64,000 bases of DNA from Clostridiales bacterium (GTDB lineage: Bacteria; Bacillota; Clostridia; Oscillospirales; Acutalibacteraceae). The translations under genes and the position numbers were made by a program. The notes beneath the pieces are model-generated. The model made no database searches, had not been told where the DNA came from, and was given only the letters and a program-made list of their open reading frames with translations. Shown in pieces: positions 57,707 through 64,000 of this stretch (position 1 is its first letter; the number at the start of each line of letters is the position of its first letter). The stretch is taken from assembly GCA_022801595.1 (NCBI GenBank), contig JAAWSO010000005.1, positions 57,622 to 121,621 of the forward strand, written 5' to 3'.

Positions 57707-57769
57707 GACGAATCCTTTTATTCCATAAGTATCAAAATTCACATATGACGAATCTGGAGGTATTTCCTA

Positions 57770-58657
57770 ATGAAAAAGACAATTTTTACCGGTTCCGGCG
57801 TTGCAATCGTCACTCCTATGCGTGCGGATGGTTCGGTCAATTACGAGGTATTGGGCGAACTGATTGAGTTCCAAATCAAAAACGGTACGGATGCAATCAT
57901 TTCCTGTGGTACCACTGGAGAATCGGCTACCCTAAACCATGAAGAACACTGCAAAGTGTTGGAATATACCGTAGAAAAAGTGAATAGGCGGGTTCCGGTT
58001 GTTGCGGGTACTGGTAGCAACGATACTGCGTATGCCATTGAGCTGTCTCAACATGCCGAGAAAATCGGTGCAGATGCTTTGCTGGTTGTTTCTCCTTACT
58101 ATAATAAAACCTCTCAAGCCGGCTTGATTAAGCATTACAATATGCTGGCCGACAGTGTGAAGCTGCCAATCATCTTGTATAACGTTCCTTCTAGGACCGG
58201 CTGTAATTTTAAGCCAGAAACTTATTTGGAGCTTTCCAAACATCCGAATATTGTGGCGGTAAAAGAAGCCAATGGGGATATTTCATCCGTTGCTAAAACA
58301 GCGGCTCTTTGTGGTGATAATCTTGACATTTATTCCGGCAACGATGATCAAGTCATTCCGATTATGTCCTTAGGCGGTAAAGGCGTTATTTCGGTATTCG
58401 CTAATATTTGCCCAGCGGAAATGCATGAAATTTGTGCTGAGTATTTGACAGGAAATACAGGGAAAGCTCGTGATCTCGCTTTAAAATATCTGGAATTAAT
58501 GAATGTTCTGTTTACGGATGTCAATCCAATTCCAGTGAAAGAAGCTGTGAACCAGTTGGGCTATCAGGCGGGTGAATGCCGAATGCCTTTGGTTAATATG
58601 AGCGAAAGTGGCAAAGCTCATTTGATCGAAGTGATGAAGAAATACGATGTTATCTAG
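57770..58657 (+). CDS. dapA: 4-hydroxy-tetrahydrodipicolinate synthase
   Basis: 295 aa. GTTGESATL, YYNKTSQ, VAVKEA (active-site Lys) motifs. Confidence 0.95.
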   Translation: MKKTIFTGSGVAIVTPMRADGSVNYEVLGELIEFQIKNGTDAIISCGTTGESATLNHEEHCKVLEYTVEKVNRRVPVVAGTGSNDTAYAIELSQHAEKIGADALLVVSPYYNKTSQAGLIKHYNMLADSVKLPIILYNVPSRTGCNFKPETYLELSKHPNIVAVKEANGDISSVAKTAALCGDNLDIYSGNDDQVIPIMSLGGKGVISVFANICPAEMHEICAEYLTGNTGKARDLALKYLELMNVLFTDVNPIPVKEAVNQLGYQAGECRMPLVNMSESGKAHLIEVMKKYDVI

Positions 58658-58704
58658 GCTTGGAAAAAACCGATACCCTTCGTATCAGAAATGGATGTTA
58701 AAAG

Positions 58705-59457
58705 ATGAAAAGAGTAATTTTAAGTGGCTGTAATGGCGTAATGGGCCGTGAAATCTCAGCTTGTATCAAAGAACGGGAAGATTGTATGGTGGTAGCTGGG
58801 CTGGATTTGCGTACGGATCTTCCCAATGATTTCCCGGTTTTTTCAAAACCGGCGGAGATTACTTGTGAAGCGGATGTAGTAATTGATTTTTCCCACCCTA
58901 GCGTTCTCTCCCCTCTTTTGGAATATGCAGTTACAAAAGATTTACCAGTAGTTTTATGTACAACTGGATACTCCAAAGAGCAAGTGGAGGAACTAAAAAA
59001 AGCTTCCGAATCTATTCCAGTCTTTTATTCCCGAAATATGTCTTTGGGAATCAATTTGTTGATTGAGCTTTCGAAAAAAGCGGCTCTTGTATTAGGGGAT
59101 CAATTTGATATTGAGATCATCGAAAAACATCACAATCAAAAAATTGACGCGCCAAGTGGTACAGCGCTCATGATTGCTGATCATATCTCTCAAGTTGTTC
59201 CAGAAGAAATGCATTATGTGTATGATCGCCATTCCCAACGGAAAAAGCGGGAGAAAAATGAAATTGGTCTTCATGCTGTTCGCGGCGGAACCATTGTAGG
59301 AGAACATGAGGTTATTTTTGCTGGTCATCATGAATTGCTTTCTCTTTCCCACTCAGCTCAATCAAAGGAAGTCTTTGCAACCGGTTCTATCAATGCGGCT
59401 ATTTATTTAGCTAATCAGCCAGCGGGACTTTATGATATGTCTGACTTATTAAAATGA
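58705..59457 (+). CDS. dapB: 4-hydroxy-tetrahydrodipicolinate reductase
   Basis: 250 aa. GCNGVMGRE, EKHHNQKIDAPSGTAL motif. Confidence 0.95.
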   Translation: MKRVILSGCNGVMGREISACIKEREDCMVVAGLDLRTDLPNDFPVFSKPAEITCEADVVIDFSHPSVLSPLLEYAVTKDLPVVLCTTGYSKEQVEELKKASESIPVFYSRNMSLGINLLIELSKKAALVLGDQFDIEIIEKHHNQKIDAPSGTALMIADHISQVVPEEMHYVYDRHSQRKKREKNEIGLHAVRGGTIVGEHEVIFAGHHELLSLSHSAQSKEVFATGSINAAIYLANQPAGLYDMSDLLK

Positions 59458-59462
59458 TAAAA

Positions 59463-59502
59463 AAGCAGTTGACATATTTTGTCAACTGCTTTTTTATTTT
59501 TT
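59463..59502 (+). terminator. rho-independent terminator after dapB
   Basis: AAGCAGTTGACA tatttt TGTCAACTGCTT followed by TTTTATTTTTT. Confidence 0.85.
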
Positions 59503-59813
59503 ACAAATGGAGAATAAAAAGATTATAGACGGTGCGGCTGTAACCCATACCAGTGGAGACGTCTGCTCTGATATCGCTGATATCGTTGATATCCCAATGG
59601 ACTGTTGGATTCACTGCCAGTAGGTTTGGATTCCGGTAAACGAATCATTATTTTTTTCCGTTTTTGTAGTGGATAATTCCCATTGTTAATCATGTATGCT
59701 ATCACCTCATAGCAATCTTATGCATGGATTATCCTCCTATATGCATATTTTTCATTGTATATTTTTAATCAAAAACTTCTCAAAATTGAGAAAGTAAGTT
59801 TCCGATGATCTTG

Positions 59814-60692
59814 TTAAAAATGAAAATAAATGGCAATATCGCCACTGCTTGTAGAAACCTGAATTGGATTTTTTTCTTCTCCAGATGGTGGAATCGAAAT
59901 GTTTCCACTCTTCGAATTTGCCGAAATGGTATAATCCAAGGAGGAGCCATTTAATGTTGCCAAAATATTACCGCTGGTTGCCTGAAGATGGTATTGATCC
60001 GCAGAAACTGATTCTAATGTAATATCACCACTGGTACTAGTTATGGTAGCTCCAACGCCAATATCGGTTTTTTTGACCCATACATTTCCACTCGTAGATT
60101 CCATGGAAAGATTACCCGAAAGTTTTGTTTGATTAATACATGTATCCCCGCTGGAAGACTGAATCCGAAGAGAGCTTGAAATTTGAGTGTTGTCCACCAA
60201 AACATAGCCGCTTTTAGTGGAAATAGAAAGATCGCTGGAAATAGTTGAATCGGAAAGCAGAATATCTCCACTTGTAGAGGTAATTTCCGCAGATCCTTGG
60301 AATTGTTCCGGCACCTCAATTACCAATCTTGGATAATCAAAATCCAAATTAAACAGATAGTGGTACCATACTTTTTGAGAGATAAACTCGATTTTTAAGG
60401 TTTCGGAATCTGGCTGAGAAACCTGATAAAACTCATATTTATTTTCTGGACAAGTAAGATGAATTTTATTATCAGTAGATCGTTTCCATATAATTCTTTG
60501 GTTGGTATTTTGAATGGAAATGTGTTTGATTGTTGTAGCATTGTACGTAGATTCCGTGTCTTGATAAGGCGGTGAAGTACTTAATTGCTCCCATTGAAAT
60601 CCAGTCATAGCTATACCGGAAACCGAAAGAGCAATTCCTACAATTGTAAGAACGCCAGCGATGATTAAGGTGATTTTAGTAGCTTTTCTCAT
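59814..60692 (-). CDS. DUF4097-family beta-repeat protein (putative adhesin fold), membrane anchored
   Basis: 292 aa. N-terminal TM segment. Repeated SGD(I/T)..(S/T)..S..L segments typical of DUF4097. Confidence 0.7.
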   Translation of the reverse strand: MRKATKITLIIAGVLTIVGIALSVSGIAMTGFQWEQLSTSPPYQDTESTYNATTIKHISIQNTNQRIIWKRSTDNKIHLTCPENKYEFYQVSQPDSETLKIEFISQKVWYHYLFNLDFDYPRLVIEVPEQFQGSAEITSTSGDILLSDSTISSDLSISTKSGYVLVDNTQISSSLRIQSSSGDTCINQTKLSGNLSMESTSGNVWVKKTDIGVGATITSTSGDITLESVSADQYHLQATSGNILATLNGSSLDYTISANSKSGNISIPPSGEEKNPIQVSTSSGDIAIYFHF

Positions 60693-61293
60693 TGATTTCT
60701 CCCTCCTTCTTTTTAATTAATAAAGACTTGATAAAATAAGTAAACAAAACGGTGGCTTGTACCAATTTTTTAGACAGGAATTTTGTACCCCAAAAAGCGA
60801 ATATCCCCAATCCGATACAACAAACAGAACTGCCAAAAAAAAATAATCCACTGGCTAAATTAGAAGGGAATTGATAGCAAGAAAATACAGTTGCAAACAA
60901 CCCTCCCAAAATAAGGGAAGCCACAGTAGTCCACAAAGTGATAATACAAGTCCAGATTAGAATATAAACAGAAAGGGCTAATAATAAGAGTGATACCAGG
61001 ATAGGAAACCAAAAGGGAAAACCTAAAATAATTAAAAGATCATGATAAATTTTTGAGCCTGGTTTGCGTTTTATTTTTGCTTTTACCAAAGTAGGAAAAG
61101 AAGTGTCTAAAAGGATCGTTTTTACAATCTCGTCGATATTCCCTAATGCTTCCACTGCTTCTTCTTCACTCATTCCATCTTCAATCCGGTCATCAATCAT
61201 TTCTGCATAATATCCCAAGGATTTTTTTCGTTCTATATCTGACAATTTAGAGAGTCGTTTTTCTAATTCATCTAAAAATTGTAGTTTATTCAT
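60676..61293 (-). CDS. DUF1700-family membrane protein
   Basis: 205 aa. N-terminus MNKLQFLDELEKRLSKLSDIERKKSLGYYAEMIDD is typical of DUF1700. C-terminal TM segments. Overlaps both neighbours. Confidence 0.7.
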   Translation of the reverse strand: MNKLQFLDELEKRLSKLSDIERKKSLGYYAEMIDDRIEDGMSEEEAVEALGNIDEIVKTILLDTSFPTLVKAKIKRKPGSKIYHDLLIILGFPFWFPILVSLLLLALSVYILIWTCIITLWTTVASLILGGLFATVFSCYQFPSNLASGLFFFGSSVCCIGLGIFAFWGTKFLSKKLVQATVLFTYFIKSLLIKKKEGEINEKSY

Positions 61294-61612
61294 CCTTCGT
61301 TTTCCTCATTTCCTCTTTAATAAATTCATATACTGTCATGACTTCTTCCCATTCGGATAAAAAGTCTATAATTTTTTGTTTTCCCACATCAGTAATTTGA
61401 TAATATTTTCGCAATCGACCATTGTGCTCAACTCCATATACCGTGACACAATGATTGACCTCTAAACGTTTTAAAATTGGATATAGAGTGGATTCTGAAA
61501 TATCAATGGTAGACCGGATATCTTTGATGATCTGATATCCATAGGAATCTCCTCGTCGAAGTGCGGTCAAAACACAAACCTCAAGCAGGCCTCGTTTTAA
61601 TTGTATATCCAT
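61286..61612 (-). CDS. PadR-family transcriptional regulator
   Basis: 108 aa. LLEVCVLTALRRGDSYGYQIIKDI...STLYPILKRLE. Confidence 0.85.
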   Translation of the reverse strand: MDIQLKRGLLEVCVLTALRRGDSYGYQIIKDIRSTIDISESTLYPILKRLEVNHCVTVYGVEHNGRLRKYYQITDVGKQKIIDFLSEWEEVMTVYEFIKEEMRKTKDE

Positions 61613-61794
61613 TTATACACCTCCCAACACATAATACTATATCATACATAGTATTATGTGTCAAGTAGGATAAAGAGAGAGTTATTTTCGTGATCGAATC
61701 AAGAGTTATTAGGGAAACAACAAAATTGCAAAATGATCCATTGGAATTGGTACTGTTTGTTATATATTGTTACTCCATTCGTCTTTTAATTAAC

Positions 61795-61835
61795 AAAAAG
61801 CCTTTGAAAGCTTAAAAGCTTTCAAAGGCTTTTTG
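61795..61835. terminator. bidirectional terminator
   Basis: AAAAAGCCTTTGAAAGCTT aa AAGCTTTCAAAGGCTTTTT. Perfect 19-bp arms with A/T runs on both sides. Confidence 0.85.
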
Positions 61836-61841
61836 TTAGAA

Positions 61842-62513
61842 TTATTTTTCAAATGAGAGATCAATGTCACCATTATTGGTAGTGACATTCAAAGTTTTAT
61901 TGCCACCTGCTTGACTTTCTGGCAGAGAACTATTTCCTTTACGGGCTTCTGATTGAATCGTGAAATCTTCGGCAGAACCAGTCAATGTTCCTGTAATATT
62001 TCCGTTTTTTGTGTGTAAAGTAATATTTCCCTCACCTAAAAACTGATTTAAAGAAATATCCCCGTTATTAACATCAAGAGATATATTACCATTTAACGTC
62101 ATTTTAGGTAACACAACGTTATTATTGGTAGTCGTAATGGCTAGGTTGCAAGTGATTGAATCCGGGATTTGTAATTTGATCTCCCTCATGTTTGCGCTGC
62201 TGTCCCCTATGTAGTCTAAGACTCCTTTGTCACTGCTAGCCTGCATGGTAAGAATCTGATTTTCTACACCGATTTGATAAAACTCTTTTTCGTTTTGAGA
62301 ATAAAAAAGATGGATTTGATCATCTTCAGAAGAGGTAAGTATAATGGATCGATCTCGTACAGAAATATTGATTTCGGAGATGTCACTGGCTGGGACGGAG
62401 TATTGTTCTGCTTTAATTTCTCCCGAAGTTTGGTTGGCGGAACATGCACATGCAAAAACAGTAAATATACCAACCAATAAACTAGCTCCTAACAGTTTCG
62501 TTCGTTTGTTCAT
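61842..62513 (-). CDS. DUF4097-family lipoprotein
   Basis: About 223 aa. MNKRTKLLGASLLVGIFTVFACAC lipobox-like signal. NGDI/NGNI beta-repeat segments. Start at the ATG after GGAGGA. Confidence 0.65.
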   Translation of the reverse strand: MNKRTKLLGASLLVGIFTVFACACSANQTSGEIKAEQYSVPASDISEINISVRDRSIILTSSEDDQIHLFYSQNEKEFYQIGVENQILTMQASSDKGVLDYIGDSSANMREIKLQIPDSITCNLAITTTNNNVVLPKMTLNGNISLDVNNGDISLNQFLGEGNITLHTKNGNITGTLTGSAEDFTIQSEARKGNSSLPESQAGGNKTLNVTTNNGDIDLSFEK

Positions 62514-63293
62514 CGCGGGATCCTCCAATTTTCTTTTATGTTAAAGATGTTTAGCCATAAGAAAAGAACCCAAAACATCCTTATAAAGGGAGATTTATTG
62601 GGTTCTTTTGCAAATAAAATAATTTTATTCTGACTGGCTTTTGATACCCATATTCTCTTGTTTCTGTAATTAACAGGATTTTTAGTATCACAAAAAGTAT
62701 CAATAAGAGTACAAAAATATTATAAAGGATTCTATCAAGAAAATCAAGATATAAGAGAACGAAAAAGCTGCTATTGTGCTTTCCTTTTTAGGAAATATTA
62801 GCCGTCTACTTTCGCTATCGCAGCATATCGGCAAGCAGCCAAATTAAGCGTAATATTTGGCAAATATATCCCCCATTCATACAAATTGCCTGCAGGCATA
62901 CAGCTTCTCCATCATTACATTTGAATTTAGCAGTCAGTTGCCAGAATGGATATTTGATAATAACCGGTGTAGGATAAGCGAACACCTAACTCGAACAAGA
63001 AAAAAATAATTAATGGCGTTCCACCGCCTGATGCTCTACCCTTTGAAACAATCCATAGTTGCCTTTGGTATAAAAGATATAATGAATTTAGTTCTTTGTA
63101 TAAAACCTTTGTCTGTCGCAATATGCGCATACCTGTTGGTAGACTTTACGAACTGCCTCCTGAAAACCATAAAAAGCAAATCTCTGTAGATCATCAAGGG
63201 CAGATTTATAAAGATAATGTAAGAATTCAATAGAGTACCAATCTCACTTAATTGCATGGTGTATGTCGTCTTTACCTCAGCAATGTATATAGA

Positions 63294-63343
63294 TGAAAAC
63301 AAAAAGAGAGCTAACTGATTTTAATTAAGTCAGTTAGCTCTCT
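63294..63343 (-). terminator. rho-independent terminator downstream of the MobC-like gene
   Basis: Minus strand: AGAGAGCTAACTGA cttaattaaaa TCAGTTAGCTCTCT followed by TTTTTGTTTTC. Confidence 0.8.
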
Positions 63344-63543
63344 ATCGTGGCTACGAAAGGCTCTAATCCTCAAAAATTCAGTAATTACGGGCTTTTTCAC
63401 GGGTGTGAAATTATTCTCACTCTTTTACGGGTGTATCAAATACCCTATTTTAAGGGGTTTTAGCTACTCTAACAGTCCGTTTTGGAGGGACTTTTCTATG
63501 TGATATTTGGTCTATTTCCTTGCGTGTTGCACAGGTTTGTGTC

Positions 63544-63873
63544 TTATACGCTTGTCTTAACATACAGGTTATCAACGATTCCTGCAATCAGTTCTATGTT
63601 CGACATCAGTTCATCACAAACAGTTTCGCCGCTTTCAATACGCTGTAATTCCACTAACACCTCATTGAGTTTATCGTAAACGGCTCGATGTATTTTGCAG
63701 TTGCCCTGAACATAAATCGTTCTATCAAGCAATTTAGATACGATGTAGTCCTGCTTGGTCATACCTGAAAGTTCTATAACGATATTGATTTGATGATCTT
63801 CCTCTGATGAAACCTGAAATCCGATTTTCCTATCCCGAAATCTGTTGTGCTTATCGCAATTTTTTGCTGACAT
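63544..63873 (-). CDS. MobC-like / ribbon-helix-helix mobilisation accessory protein
   Basis: 109 aa. RDRKIGFQVSSEEDHQINIVIELSGMTKQDYIVSKLL fits the RHH pattern of MobC-type relaxosome proteins. Starts 5 nt after the integrase stop. Confidence 0.55.
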   Translation of the reverse strand: MSAKNCDKHNRFRDRKIGFQVSSEEDHQINIVIELSGMTKQDYIVSKLLDRTIYVQGNCKIHRAVYDKLNEVLVELQRIESGETVCDELMSNIELIAGIVDNLYVKTSV

Positions 63874-63878
63874 ATTTC

Positions 63879-64000
63879 TTACCCCCTTCTCAGGCTGTCG
63901 AGGTCGTTGGCGATTATCTTTTGAACCTCATCAAACAGATGCCCATAAATGTCCTGTGTGGTTTTTACGGATTTATGTCCTATCCGCTTTGATACCTCGA
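63879..64000 (-). CDS. tyrosine integrase/recombinase, C-terminal end only (gene continues past the window)
   Basis: Hand translation EVSKRIGHKSVKTTQDIYGHLFDEVQKIIANDLDSLRRG stop. GH..(V)..T...Y.H is the C-terminal catalytic His/Tyr block of phage-type integrases. Confidence 0.75.
   Translation of the reverse strand, partial: EVSKRIGHKSVKTTQDIYGHLFDEVQKIIANDLDSLRRG

Larger units (their letters stand above)
62600..64000. mobile_element. edge of an integrative/mobilizable element continuing beyond the window
   Basis: Tyrosine integrase 3' end plus a MobC-like gene, followed by about 900 bp without convincing ORFs that contains short direct repeats. The left limit is only approximate. Confidence 0.5.

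Noticed and set aside
63013-63302. Short ORFs on both strands in the tail of the right-hand element, including the 88-aa track ORF at 63036-63302.
   Set aside because: There is no SD, the frames break into one another, and there are no recognisable motifs. These are probably decayed sequence or att-flanking DNA.
1-64000. Search for CRISPR arrays, rRNA and tRNA genes.
   Set aside because: No regularly spaced 25-40 bp repeats were seen, no tRNA-like T-arm/acceptor pairs (GGTTCGAATCC type), and no rRNA signature blocks. The only tandem repeat is the 3 x 9 bp unit at 59568-59594.

Overview
This window is a low-GC Firmicutes chromosome segment. It looks Clostridia-like and spore-forming (cwlD, spoIIM). 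All family calls are made by eye from motifs and synteny; no searches or computations were run.

- **1-17.65 kb (plus strand, housekeeping):** dxs-tlyA-nadK-argR-recN, a T-box-controlled tyrS, yfhO, a WYL-regulator / Zn-ribbon-GyrI / SPL-type radical SAM operon, a Fur-family gene, cwlD, radA and a Xer-type recombinase.
- **17.65-17.71 kb:** transcription polarity flips here.
- **17.7-26.1 kb (minus strand):** xerD, spoIIM, proC, the SCIFF radical SAM maturase, a 50-aa SCIFF precursor that the ORF track misses, a small membrane protein, yajC, tgt, and a bifunctional homocysteine methyltransferase/MTHFR.
- **About 26.2-55.1 kb (accessory island):** a roughly 29-kb block that is visibly GC-richer than its flanks and separates tgt from queA. 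It consists of regulator plus ABC-exporter or stress modules (AraC, two TetR, MerR, OmpR/HK, ECF sigma/anti-sigma, XRE). No integrase is present, and at least nine genes are disrupted.
- **55.2-62.5 kb (core again):** queA, a lysine-riboswitch-controlled asd-dapA-dapB operon, and a PadR-DUF1700-DUF4097 module.
- **62.6-64 kb:** the edge of another integrative/mobilizable element, with the 3' end of a tyrosine integrase and a MobC-like gene.

No rRNA, tRNA or CRISPR array was seen.
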